64,000 nucleotides of DNA, from NCBI GenBank assembly GCA_036490555.1, contig DASXDO010000006.1, forward strand, positions 3,637 through 67,636, given 5' to 3'. The notes below the pieces were generated by a model. It made no database searches, had not been told where the DNA came from, and saw only the letters and a program-made list of their open reading frames with translations. Positions 36,957 through 46,414 of the stretch are shown one piece after another. Both the position numbers and the translations under genes were made by a program. Every line of letters begins with the position of its first letter. The first letter of the stretch is position 1. Source of the DNA: Solirubrobacteraceae bacterium. GTDB lineage: Bacteria > Actinomycetota > Thermoleophilia > Solirubrobacterales > Solirubrobacteraceae.

Positions 36957-37499
36957 ATGGATGCCCACGAAGCTGCAGCCAAGGACCTCGCGCGCACCGG
37001 AGAGCGCAACGCGACGGTCGAGCTTGTCGCCTACGACCCCAGCTGGCAGGCGAGCTTCGAGGTGGAGCGCGCACGGCTCGCGCCGCTGCTGCCTGGCAGC
37101 GAGCTTCACCACTTCGGATCGACCTCCGTGCCTGGCCTTGCCGCGAAGCCGATCGTCGACATGATCGCGCTCGTGCCAGACCTCGACGCACCGATCGCAG
37201 GGCTCGTGCAGAGCGCCCGCTACGAATACCCGGAGGCGTTCAACGCGACGCTTCGCCACAGGCGCTTCCTCTGTTACCCGTCGCCCGCACGGCGCACCCA
37301 TCACCTGCACCTCGTCGACGACCTCGATGAGCTGAACGAGCGTTTGCGCTTCCGCGATCGCCTACGCACCGACGCGTCCATCGCCGAGCAGTACCTCGCG
37401 CTGAAGCGCGAGCTCGCGGAGCGCCACCGCGACGACCGCGAGGCCTACACGGAGGGCAAGGGCGAGTTCATCCGCATGCACAGCCGCATCCGCGGGTGA
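36957..37499 (+). CDS. GrpB/UPF0157 family protein
   Basis: HFGSTSVPGLAAKPIVD, FRDRLR, YTEGK. Confidence 0.92.
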   Translation: MDAHEAAAKDLARTGERNATVELVAYDPSWQASFEVERARLAPLLPGSELHHFGSTSVPGLAAKPIVDMIALVPDLDAPIAGLVQSARYEYPEAFNATLRHRRFLCYPSPARRTHHLHLVDDLDELNERLRFRDRLRTDASIAEQYLALKRELAERHRDDREAYTEGKGEFIRMHSRIRG

Positions 37500-37523
37500 G
37501 CCACCAGCGAGCGAGCTCGGCTG

Positions 37524-37982
37524 CTACTCAGCAGGCTCGGTATAGACCATTCCAGAGCTGATCGCGATCCTGTTCCAGGCGTTGATCGCCGTGATCGCAA
37601 GGATCAGTTGGGCGAGCTCCGCCTCCTCGAGCTCGCGCGCCGCGTTGGCATAGGCCGCGTCCAAGCCGCCATCGGCCACGCGCGTGAGCGCATCGGTCAA
37701 CTCGAGGGCTGCGCGCTCGCGCTGGCTGAACAGCGGACTCTCGTGCCAGGCCGCAAGCGCGTAAATGCGCCGCTCGCTCTCGCCTGCGCTGCGCGCGTCG
37801 CGCGTGTGCAGCTCAATGCAGTAGGCGCAGCCGTTGATCTGGGATGCGCGAATCTTCACGAGCTCGCGCAGCTGTGGATCAAGCTCGATCGAGCGATCGA
37901 ATCCCGCCATCGCCCGGTAGACCTGAGGTGCAAGCGCCTGCATCTCGAGGCGCGGATGCTTTGCTTGCGCCTCGGGGCTCAT
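37524..37982 (-). CDS. Carboxymuconolactone decarboxylase/AhpD-like protein
   Basis: RASQINGCAYCIELH, INAWNR. Confidence 0.92.
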   Translation of the reverse strand: MSPEAQAKHPRLEMQALAPQVYRAMAGFDRSIELDPQLRELVKIRASQINGCAYCIELHTRDARSAGESERRIYALAAWHESPLFSQRERAALELTDALTRVADGGLDAAYANAARELEEAELAQLILAITAINAWNRIAISSGMVYTEPAE

Positions 37983-38069
37983 GTCGCTGATGCTAGTGCA
38001 GAACAACCCAGGCCAAGGGGTGGGGCTAGCGTGTGTGCGCTCGGCGTATCCTCAGGGCGGAAGGAGGCA

Positions 38070-38684
38070 ATGACAATGCACACGTCCCATTCGGCACGCC
38101 TTGGCGATGGCAGGCGCAAGCGCCTTTTCCCGGCGATCGCGTCGCTCGTCACGGTTGCGATCTGTCTCCTTGCAGCGGGCGCATCAGCCGCGAGCACGCT
38201 GCCGGTCTCGCCCACGGACCTTGGCTCGAGCACTGCGTACAAAGGCTTGCAGGTCGAACCCGCGACGATCGTCTACACAGGCGATGGCACAGGCCTGCTT
38301 GGCGGCGCGAATGTGGACAGTCGAAAATCGGGCATCTCCTGGACGCAGTGGACGGCCAGCACCGCAATTGGCACAGGCTTCAACCAGCTGAACAACTGCA
38401 GGCCCTCGTGTGCAGGCGGAAAGTACCGCGGCTATCGCGTGAAGATCGAGCTGTGGCGCCCCCAGACCCTCGCGAGCATACTCGTGTTCACGCGCATGAC
38501 GATCTTCTACGAAGAGAAGCCTCCACGGGGCGAACCGCACCACTACACGTTCACCGACACCTACACTCGCAACGCCTTCGGCGGCGGCTATGGCTGGGGA
38601 CCGCCTGACGCAAATGGGTACTGCACCCACACGCACGGCATGAAACAGGCCGCGGGCTGCCAGAACATCCACTCGCTGCCCTAG
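38070..38684 (+). CDS. Secreted hypothetical protein
   Basis: AGGAGG RBS; signal peptide; W..W...A.G.G....CRPSCAGG pattern. Confidence 0.75.
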   Translation: MTMHTSHSARLGDGRRKRLFPAIASLVTVAICLLAAGASAASTLPVSPTDLGSSTAYKGLQVEPATIVYTGDGTGLLGGANVDSRKSGISWTQWTASTAIGTGFNQLNNCRPSCAGGKYRGYRVKIELWRPQTLASILVFTRMTIFYEEKPPRGEPHHYTFTDTYTRNAFGGGYGWGPPDANGYCTHTHGMKQAAGCQNIHSLP

Positions 38685-38971
38685 CCCGACCGCCGCTCCT
38701 CGGCTGCGCCTGCGCGCCGCAACGTGCATCCATTCTCCGAGCAGCTACGTTCGAGCTTCCTCGCGGAGAGCGTCTCCACCAGGCCCACTGTCCAGCACAT
38801 CGGGCAGCCACGCAGCGCGATCAAGCCGATCGGCGCAAGCAGCAGGGCGACCGCGCCGAAGATCGTCGTCAGCCCGAATGCCGCGCCGATCAGGCCGAAG
38901 CCGACCGCTCCCCTGGCGAGATGGCGGGGAACGGAGCTGCTTGCAAACAAACTTGGATCGTCCACCTTCAC
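38681..38971 (-). CDS. Small membrane protein with GCPMC motif
   Basis: GAGGAG RBS, GTG 38971; two TM helices then RGCPMCW; directly downstream of the ECF sigma gene. Confidence 0.7.
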   Translation of the reverse strand: MKVDDPSLFASSSVPRHLARGAVGFGLIGAAFGLTTIFGAVALLLAPIGLIALRGCPMCWTVGLVETLSARKLERSCSENGCTLRRAGAAEERRSG

Positions 38972-38981
38972 CGCTCCTCTC

Positions 38982-39614
38982 TCATAGATCTTCACCAGCC
39001 GCCTTGCTTGGCACGTAGAGTGGCGCCGCAAGCCCCTCTCTAAGCGCCGCGCGCCCGCGGTGCAGACGGGACTTCATCGCGGCACGGCTGAGGCCGAGCG
39101 CCTTCGCGGTCGCCGCGCCAGACAGACCGTGGATGTCGCGCAGCAGCAAGACACTGCGCTGCTCGCTGGGCAGCACCGCGATCGCCGCGACGATGCGCTC
39201 GACCTCGAGGCGCATCAGGACGGCGTCTTCCGTGGAGGGCCCGACTGCAGAGGACTCAACCGTGGAGGGCTCAACCGCAGAGGCAGAGCTCAGGCCTCGC
39301 AGCGCGACCTTCGACCTGCGGATGCACTCGTTGCGCACCACCTGGAACATCCATGAGGCAAGCGCCGCAGTCGCGCGCAACGTCCCGATCTTTCTGTACA
39401 GGACGATCAGCGCCTCCTGGGCGGTTTCCTCCGCATCCTCGGGCGTCGCGCAGAGCATTCGCGCAAAGCGCCGCACATGACCGTGAGAGCCAGATAGCAG
39501 CGATGCGATCGCGGCAGGGTCACCAGCCTGAGCGGCGCTCACGATCCGCTCGCTGGGCCAGGACCGCCCGGCGCCGCGCCTCGCGGCATCGGGCAGATGT
39601 CTGGTCTCAGTCAT
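38982..39614 (-). CDS. ECF RNA polymerase sigma factor
   Basis: DAEETAQEAL, SWMFQVVRN, AMKSRLHRGR. Confidence 0.92.
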   Translation of the reverse strand: MTETRHLPDAARRGAGRSWPSERIVSAAQAGDPAAIASLLSGSHGHVRRFARMLCATPEDAEETAQEALIVLYRKIGTLRATAALASWMFQVVRNECIRRSKVALRGLSSASAVEPSTVESSAVGPSTEDAVLMRLEVERIVAAIAVLPSEQRSVLLLRDIHGLSGAATAKALGLSRAAMKSRLHRGRAALREGLAAPLYVPSKAAGEDL

Positions 39615-39693
39615 CGCGGCCCGAGCGAAGCTTCATGCCAAAGAAGATTGCACAGCATGCGACGAGGATTGCGGCTGCGACGGCTATCACCAT
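39607..39693 (-). CDS. 28-aa single-TM peptide upstream of the ECF sigma
   Basis: MVIAVAAAILVACCAIFFGMKLRSGRDD; GGAG RBS; overlaps the sigma start. Confidence 0.5.
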   Translation of the reverse strand: MVIAVAAAILVACCAIFFGMKLRSGRDD

Positions 39694-39826
39694 GTCCTGC
39701 TCCCTGTCTCTCGGTGTGTTCGCTATGCAGATGAGAGGCAGGACAGGACGAAAAGGATTCGTGCACGCGAGCACCCCGCAGGCGCGTCTGCGTTGCGCCT
39801 GTTCGCCGAGCACCGCCAGCAGCCTG

Positions 39827-42706
39827 TCATCTGAGCTGGCGCTCGGCCATCCAGCTGCCAAGCTCAGCGCGAGAGCGGATGCCGAGCTTGCGGTAGACCC
39901 GCGCAAGCGTCGCCTCGATCGTCTTCGGACTGACGAACAGCTCCGCAGCCGCCGCGCGGTTGGTGAGGCCGGTCGCGGCGAGCGCGGCGACGCGCTCCTC
40001 GGCGGCGGTCAGCACACTGTTGATCGCACGGGCGACATCGACGCGCTCGAGCTCGGCCGTCGCGCGCTGCGCCCAGAGCTGCGCTCCCAGCGCAGCGAAG
40101 CGCTGCTGTGCCTGCTCGAGGCTGTCGCGGGCGGCGGCGCGGCGGCGACGCCGGCGACGTACCTGCCCAAGCGTCAGCAGCGTGCGCGCGAGCTGATATT
40201 GCACGGGGTCGTGCTGATGATGGGCAAGCGCCTGCTCTAGCAGCGCCTCCGCCTCGGGGAGCTTGCCCCTCGCCATCAGCACGACCGCGTCGACTCGCGC
40301 CGCGATCGCGAGCAGGTTTGGCCTGCCGATCGCATCGCTGCGCTCGCGCTGCCAGGCGCGGATCTGCTCCGCCTCATCGAGGCGATCGACGGCGGCGAGC
40401 GCCTCGACGGCGTCTGCCGCCCAGTACACCGATCCAGGGTCGCCGCCCCGCATCCCGAGGGTGATGTTCGTCGCCGCAAGCAGGCAGTCAGCCGCGGCGG
40501 CATAGCACCCCAGTGAGAGCTCGAGGATGCCAAGCGACGCATGCGTATGCATGCTTCCAACCGGCGAGCGAACCGACTCGTAGTTCTCGATCGCCGCAGC
40601 CGCGGCGCGGCGCGCAGTCTCGACGTCGCCGATCCAGCCGGCGACGACGAGCTGGTTTTCCGACGCAACTGCCCGCGAGGCCGGCGAGCCGAGCCGCTCG
40701 GCGAGCCGCAGCGTCTCCTCGACCATCCGCTGACCGCCTGCGACGTCGCCGCGCAGGCACGCAAGCCAGCCCCAGTGCATCGTGAGGATCACGAGATCGC
40801 TCTCCTCACCGCGGTCACGGCTGAGCTGCAATGCGCGCGAGAACGCCGCCTCAGCCTCGTCGAGCCTGCCGATCCACATGTAGATCAGAGCCGCGATCAG
40901 CGAGGGTCGGAGCATCGTCGTCCCGTCGCCCTCAGCGTCCTCGAGCTCGAGCGCCCTCGCGAGCATCTGCTCATCAGCGCCATCGCCGACGAGGAAGCGA
41001 GTCACGACCCTGACGGCAAGTGCCTGCGCGAGCAGGCCAGGGTCGTCGAGGCCCTTGGCGATCGCGACCGCCTCCTCGGCAAGCGGCACCGCCTCCGCGA
41101 GTAGGCCGTTCTGGGTGCGGGCGAATGCAAGCTCGAGCGAGAGCACGACCAGATGGGCGTCGTCGTTGGTCTCGTGCATCGCCTGCTCGAAGAGCGCTGT
41201 CGATCCTGGCAAGTCGTCCAGCAGGCGGTGGACGATGCCAAGGCGCTCCAGCGCAAGAGCACGCTGTGACCCGAGCTCGAGCTCGTCGACGAGACTTTCG
41301 CAGAGCTCCCGAGCGCGGCCGACATCGCCAGAGTCGAGATGGTGCTCCGCGGCCAGCTGCCGGCGCGGCGGATCCTCGGCGCCAAGGCGCAGGGCGAGCT
41401 CGAGCAGCTCAGCCGCGGCTGCCGCCGAACCCTGAGCGCGCGCCTCAGCCGCGGCGCTGTCCAACGCGGCGATGACGGCGGGCTCAGCCGTCACCGACGA
41501 GAGCCCCAGATGGCGCGCCCGCTCCTCGCCGGCCGTCACCGACGCGATCCTGCGGTGCGCGTCGCGACGTTCGGGAGCGCTCAGCGACGAGTACGCGCCA
41601 GTCGCGAGCAGTGGATGCGAGAAGAGGATGCGGGCGCCGTCGAGCGTGACGATGCCCGCGAGCTCGGCATCGCCAAGCAATGCCTCCGCATCGCGCTCGC
41701 CAAGCGCACGTTGTACCTGCCCCACGTCTGGACGCGCGAGCATCGCGGCGTACAGCACCGTCTCACGCACGTCAGGCTCGAGCGCGGAGAGCCGTGCATC
41801 GACCAGCTCGCGCAGGCTTGCGGGCAAAGCGATTGGCTGCTTGAAGGCATCCCGCTTCAGTGTCTGTGCCAACTCGAGCGCGACGAACGGGTTCCCGCCC
41901 GCGATCTCGACGATCCGCGCCAGCAGCGGAGCGGTGAGCACGCGGTCGGTGTCGGCAGTGAGCGCACGGTCAGTGTCAGCGGTGAGCACACGGTCGGTGT
42001 CGGTGGCAAGCACACGGTCGGTGTCGGTGGCAAGCGCACGGTCAGTGTCGGCGGTAAGCGCACGCTCGGTCTCAGCGACGAGCATCCGTTCGATCTGCTC
42101 GTCCCGCAGTGGCACGACCGACACCCGCGCCAGCCGCGAGGCCTCGCGCAGTTGCAGGTTGCTCTCCAGGGCAGCCTCGCCATCAGAAGGCCTGGAGGCG
42201 GCGAGCACGCCGATCGGCCCGCCGATCCGGCGCACCGCGAAGCGCAGTGCGTCCATCGTCGAGGCATCGAGCCATTGCAGATCGTCGATCGCGACCAGCA
42301 GCGGCCGCTCGCCGGCGAGGAGCTCGAGCGTGGACAGCAGTCCGGTCGCAACGGCCCGAGGGTCGGGGGCGTGGTTGGCACCACCAAAGTCTCGTAACAA
42401 TGCCGCCCCCAGGGCGGCGCGCTGCGGCGCTGGGATCTTGTCGAGAACGTCGTCCTCGACGTCGACGAGCAGGTCCGCGAGACCCGCATAGGCGAGACGC
42501 ACCTCGGTGCCAGTGCCATGTGCAGCAAGCACGCGCCACCCACCTTCGGCGGCAAAGCGCACCGCGACACGCCAGATCGTCGTCTTGCCGATGCCGGCGT
42601 CGCCCTCGATCAGCAGTCCCGCCGGACCCCCGGCCGCTTCCGTGAGAAACCGCTCAACGAGGGCAAGCTCATCGTCCCGCCCCACGATTCGCTCCTGCAC
42701 CCGCAA
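39827..42706 (-). CDS. LAL-type (AAA + LuxR) large transcriptional regulator
   Basis: GDAGIGKT, IDDLQWLD, GGNPF, C-terminal TNRAAAAELFVSPKTIE. Confidence 0.93.
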   Translation of the reverse strand: MRVQERIVGRDDELALVERFLTEAAGGPAGLLIEGDAGIGKTTIWRVAVRFAAEGGWRVLAAHGTGTEVRLAYAGLADLLVDVEDDVLDKIPAPQRAALGAALLRDFGGANHAPDPRAVATGLLSTLELLAGERPLLVAIDDLQWLDASTMDALRFAVRRIGGPIGVLAASRPSDGEAALESNLQLREASRLARVSVVPLRDEQIERMLVAETERALTADTDRALATDTDRVLATDTDRVLTADTDRALTADTDRVLTAPLLARIVEIAGGNPFVALELAQTLKRDAFKQPIALPASLRELVDARLSALEPDVRETVLYAAMLARPDVGQVQRALGERDAEALLGDAELAGIVTLDGARILFSHPLLATGAYSSLSAPERRDAHRRIASVTAGEERARHLGLSSVTAEPAVIAALDSAAAEARAQGSAAAAAELLELALRLGAEDPPRRQLAAEHHLDSGDVGRARELCESLVDELELGSQRALALERLGIVHRLLDDLPGSTALFEQAMHETNDDAHLVVLSLELAFARTQNGLLAEAVPLAEEAVAIAKGLDDPGLLAQALAVRVVTRFLVGDGADEQMLARALELEDAEGDGTTMLRPSLIAALIYMWIGRLDEAEAAFSRALQLSRDRGEESDLVILTMHWGWLACLRGDVAGGQRMVEETLRLAERLGSPASRAVASENQLVVAGWIGDVETARRAAAAAIENYESVRSPVGSMHTHASLGILELSLGCYAAAADCLLAATNITLGMRGGDPGSVYWAADAVEALAAVDRLDEAEQIRAWQRERSDAIGRPNLLAIAARVDAVVLMARGKLPEAEALLEQALAHHQHDPVQYQLARTLLTLGQVRRRRRRRAAARDSLEQAQQRFAALGAQLWAQRATAELERVDVARAINSVLTAAEERVAALAATGLTNRAAAAELFVSPKTIEATLARVYRKLGIRSRAELGSWMAERQLR
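41931..42074. repeat. 24-bp in-frame tandem repeat x6 (TDRALTAD-like)
   Basis: Visible in DNA and in the translation of the LAL regulator. Confidence 0.9.
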
Positions 42707-42856
42707 AAGGATGCCAGGAGCCCCACGGCCATGACTGCCGGGTCATCCAGGATGCGCGAGGTCCGCGACGGTCACTGCTAGGTCACCCCAGGAGGCGGAG
42801 GCCACCGACGCGACTGTCTGCGTGACCCAGGGCCGCTGCGGGCCCACCCGTCTGGC

Positions 42857-43540
42857 TCAGTGCCAGGTGACGGGCTTCTGGTAGTACTGTTCCGCGCCTT
42901 CCCAGCGGACCGATTCGATCGATCCACCTGGAGGCTCGAGAATCGTCAGACAGCTCGTGTAGCTCTTGCCGTCCTTGAAATCCGCAGGCGGCTGCTTGTC
43001 TTCGCAGGGATGGAACGAGCCGATGAAGATCACCGATTCCTGCTCCTGTTCGCGATCGTCCACCGCCTGGAACCTCACGCCTGGATCTTCTTCCTTGCTG
43101 AGCCCCGTCTTGTTCGGGTTGGTCACTTCGATCGTCACGTAATACGGGGTCGGATTCTTCGCGGCGCCTTCGATTTCGATGTTCTTCAGGTCCGATGGAC
43201 TGCCCTTCTTGATGCTCTTCACGCTGACTTCGAGCGGACCTGGGCTTGGGGTTTCGTCGAGCGGCGAGAACGCGACGAGCTCCGATTCGCCGAGCGCGAC
43301 GGTCGTGCCTGGCTTGGCGACCCCGCCGCTGCTGCCGCCCGTGCCTTCGCTGGCTGCGCTCGTCGAGGACGTCGCGGATTCTGTTGCGCTGGAGGAAGCT
43401 TCGCTCGTGGACGAGGTCGTGGTCGTCGAGGAGCCCGTGCTCGCGGTGCCTTTGCTGCCCCCGCTGCCGCAGGCGGCGAGTCCCAGGGCAGCTGCCGCCA
43501 CGACGGTGGCAAGCAGAGATCTCTTCAACAGGACGCTCAC
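42857..43540 (-). CDS. Lipoprotein of unknown function
   Basis: Lipobox LGLAA-C followed by a Ser/Thr linker; start uncertain. Confidence 0.8.
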   Translation of the reverse strand: MSVLLKRSLLATVVAAAALGLAACGSGGSKGTASTGSSTTTTSSTSEASSSATESATSSTSAASEGTGGSSGGVAKPGTTVALGESELVAFSPLDETPSPGPLEVSVKSIKKGSPSDLKNIEIEGAAKNPTPYYVTIEVTNPNKTGLSKEEDPGVRFQAVDDREQEQESVIFIGSFHPCEDKQPPADFKDGKSYTSCLTILEPPGGSIESVRWEGAEQYYQKPVTWH

Positions 43541-43611
43541 GGCGCGGCAGACTAGTGCGTCACCTCCCCCGTTACATCGGGTGTTTCCCTTGTCCTTGAT
43601 GACGGCTGGCA

Positions 43612-44202
43612 TCACGAGCGCAGCGCCGGCTCCAGGAGGCCGACCCAGCTACCGACCAGTCGCTCGTCGTCGACTGTCGTGCTCATCGCGAGGGCGCCCT
43701 TCAGCAGGCGCGTCGAGACCAGGCCGCCGAGACTGAGGCTCGCGAGCGCCTCGGCGTCCTCGCCGCTCAGCTCGCGCTCGCTGTGCTCGGCAAGCCAGCC
43801 CGCGAACCCCCGCAGCGTGCTGCCAAGGAGTCGCTCAGTCGCAGCTGCGACGAGTCCTGGACGATTGTGGGCCTCAGTCGCAAGGATCCGCATCAGCTCT
43901 GCCTCACGGTCGAGCTCGGCGAGGATGTAGCGTGCGGCGATCGTCAGTTCAGTGCGCAGGTCGCCGACGCCGGCGAAGATCTCCCGGATGTCCCTGAGGG
44001 CGTCCAGCCGCTGGAGATGGCGCTCGATGCCGGCGGCGAGCAAAGCCTCCTTGTTTGCGAAGTGGTGGTAGATCCCGCCAGCGCCGGGGGTGAGGCCCGA
44101 GGCAGCCTCGATCTGGACGATCGTCGTCGCCTTGAAGCCCTGCTCGCTGAAGAGGTGCATCGCCTCGTCGAGGATCCGCTCGCGAGTGATCGTTGCCGCC
44201 AT
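43612..44202 (-). CDS. TetR-family regulator
   Basis: TRERILDEAMHLF...GGIYHHFANKE. Confidence 0.92.
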   Translation of the reverse strand: MAATITRERILDEAMHLFSEQGFKATTIVQIEAASGLTPGAGGIYHHFANKEALLAAGIERHLQRLDALRDIREIFAGVGDLRTELTIAARYILAELDREAELMRILATEAHNRPGLVAAATERLLGSTLRGFAGWLAEHSERELSGEDAEALASLSLGGLVSTRLLKGALAMSTTVDDERLVGSWVGLLEPALRS

Positions 44203-44260
44203 CGTCGGATAAGCGTACGCTGAGCCTGAATCAGAGGCGATTGACTAACTGACAGATCCT

Positions 44261-45691
44261 GTGGACACGCCCGACGCGCAGCAGCCAGACGAGATCCCCA
44301 CGGGCAGGCTGCGCCGAGGCTTGCCGATCGCGGGCCTGCTCGCTCGCAGCGCGGGCGAAGCGGCTGTCTCCGCGGCCCGCGCGCGGGCCTTCGGCGGCGA
44401 GCGCACGATCGATCACGAGCTGGCGGCCGAGCGCTACGCACAACTCCTTGGCCGCTCCAGGGGCGCGCTGATGAAGCTCGGGCAGGCGCTCTCCTTCGTC
44501 TCGCTGGATGGGATCTTCCCTGTCGAGGCCCAGGGGGCATACCGCGAGGCGCTCTCCCGCCTACGCGAGGACGCTCCCCCAATGCCCGCGGCGGTCGCAC
44601 GCGAGGTCCTGGAGTCGGATCTTCGCCAGCCGGTCGAGGCGGTCTTCGCCGAGCTCGAGTGGCAGCCACTGGCGGCCGCGTCAATCGGCCAGGTCCATCG
44701 TGCACGCCTGCATGACGGCCGCGCCGTCGCCGTGAAGATCCAGTACCCAAGCGCCGCGGCAGCGATCGAGGCGGATCTCGAGAACATCGAGCTGCTCTCC
44801 ACGTTCATGAGCCTGCTCAGCAGCTTCTCCCCGCGACGCATTGGCCTTGACATGCGTGCGCTGGCGAACGAGATGTCTAATCAGATCCGCGCAGAGCTCG
44901 ACTACCGCCTGGAGGCGGCCAACCAGCGCCGCTTCGCAAGCTTCTATCGCGGGCATCCGTTCATCCATGTGCCAGATGTCGTGGACGACCTCTGCAGCCG
45001 CCGCGTGCTGACTCAAGATCTGGTCGAGGGCCTCACCTTCGAGCAGGCGTGCATCGCCGAGCAGGCGCTGCGCGAGCAGTGGGCACAGGCGGTGCTGCGC
45101 TTTGGCCAGGGATCGATCAACACGCTGCGAGCCGTGAACGTCGACCCGCACCCTGGCAACTATCGCTTCCATCGCGACGGTACCGTCAGCTTCCTGGACT
45201 TCGGCTCGGTGCTGAGCATCTCGCCGAGCGTCTCCAGAAATCTCACCTCGCTGGTGCGCGCGATCCTGCGCAGCGACGCAGCCGGCATCCGGCGGGCTGC
45301 GCTTGCGACTGGAGTCTGGAAGGAGTCCGATCCGGTGAGCGAGCAGGAGGCCTTTGCCTACTGGCATGAGCCGATGGTGATGTATTGGGGTCCACAGCCA
45401 TTCCGGATCACCCCAGAGATCGTCGCGGCAGGGATCAAGCGTCACACCTCGCCGACCGGACCGTCGGCGAACGCGGTGCGCCACATCAGGGCTCCCGCGG
45501 GCTTCACACTGATCAGACGCATGGACCTTGGCGTCCTCTCCGTGATCGCCGGCCTCGATGTCGCGCTGGACTGGCGCGCAATGGCCCTCGAGTTCTATGA
45601 GGGCCAGCCGCCACTCAGCGAGATGGGCCGACGCCACTGGCAATTCATCGCCTCGCAGGACCCCGCGATCGCAGCCCCTCCCAATCATTAA
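44261..45691 (+). CDS. ABC1/AarF/UbiB atypical kinase
   Basis: MKLGQ, AAASIGQVH, VAVKIQYP, DPHPGN, LDFG. Confidence 0.95.
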   Translation: MDTPDAQQPDEIPTGRLRRGLPIAGLLARSAGEAAVSAARARAFGGERTIDHELAAERYAQLLGRSRGALMKLGQALSFVSLDGIFPVEAQGAYREALSRLREDAPPMPAAVAREVLESDLRQPVEAVFAELEWQPLAAASIGQVHRARLHDGRAVAVKIQYPSAAAAIEADLENIELLSTFMSLLSSFSPRRIGLDMRALANEMSNQIRAELDYRLEAANQRRFASFYRGHPFIHVPDVVDDLCSRRVLTQDLVEGLTFEQACIAEQALREQWAQAVLRFGQGSINTLRAVNVDPHPGNYRFHRDGTVSFLDFGSVLSISPSVSRNLTSLVRAILRSDAAGIRRAALATGVWKESDPVSEQEAFAYWHEPMVMYWGPQPFRITPEIVAAGIKRHTSPTGPSANAVRHIRAPAGFTLIRRMDLGVLSVIAGLDVALDWRAMALEFYEGQPPLSEMGRRHWQFIASQDPAIAAPPNH

Positions 45692-45700
45692 CTTTGAAGA

Positions 45701-45718
45701 CCTAAGTGTATACTTAGG
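45701..45718. promoter_or_regulatory. Palindromic operator candidate upstream of nuoB
   Basis: CCTAAGT-GTAT-ACTTAGG; related to TAAGCGTACGCTGAG at 44210-44224. Confidence 0.65.
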
Positions 45719-45754
45719 CGCTGTGGCCCTGCGAAATGCGCCCGAATCCAGCCG

Positions 45755-46414
45755 ATGAGCCGGCGCGATCCCGCCGAGCTGCGCGTGCGCTCCACGCATG
45801 CCAGCGAGCTCCTGCGGGGCGCGCCGCTGGAAGGCCGCAACGCGCCTGCGCAGCTCGACCAGCAACGGCTGGAGGAAGAGCGTCTCGAGGAGTACGTCCG
45901 CGAGCGGGTGCTGACCACCACCCTCGAGAAGGCCGTCGCCTGGGCGCGAGGCAACTCCTTCTTCCCGCTTGGCTTCGGACTCGCGTGCTGCGCGATGGAG
46001 TTCTTCCATGCCGCGGGATCGCGCACCGACATCGCGCGCTTCGGCTACGAGGCGGTGAGGGCCTCGCCGCGCCAGGCCGACCTGATCATCCTCTCTGGAC
46101 GCGTGTCGATCAAGATGGCCCCGATCGTCCGCCGCCTCTACGACCAGATGCTCGAGCCGAAGTGGGCGATCGCGATGGGCGCCTGCTGCAGCTCGACCGG
46201 GATCTTCAACAACTACGCGCTCGTGCCCGCCGACAGATTCATGCCGATCGACGTGCACGTCCCTGGCTGCCCGCCGCGTCCTGAGGCGCTGATGCATGGG
46301 ATCCTCAAGCTCCGGGACATGGTCCAGGGCCATCCGCAGCCCAGCTGGCGCGAGCGCTACGGCGCGATCGGCACAGAGGAGACCCCGCCCACCGTCGGCG
46401 AAGACGCATCGTGA
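45755..46414 (+). CDS. nuoB: NADH-quinone oxidoreductase subunit B homolog
   Basis: [29 protein letters not shown]: all four N2 cysteines present. Confidence 0.95.
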   Translation: MSRRDPAELRVRSTHASELLRGAPLEGRNAPAQLDQQRLEEERLEEYVRERVLTTTLEKAVAWARGNSFFPLGFGLACCAMEFFHAAGSRTDIARFGYEAVRASPRQADLIILSGRVSIKMAPIVRRLYDQMLEPKWAIAMGACCSSTGIFNNYALVPADRFMPIDVHVPGCPPRPEALMHGILKLRDMVQGHPQPSWRERYGAIGTEETPPTVGEDAS

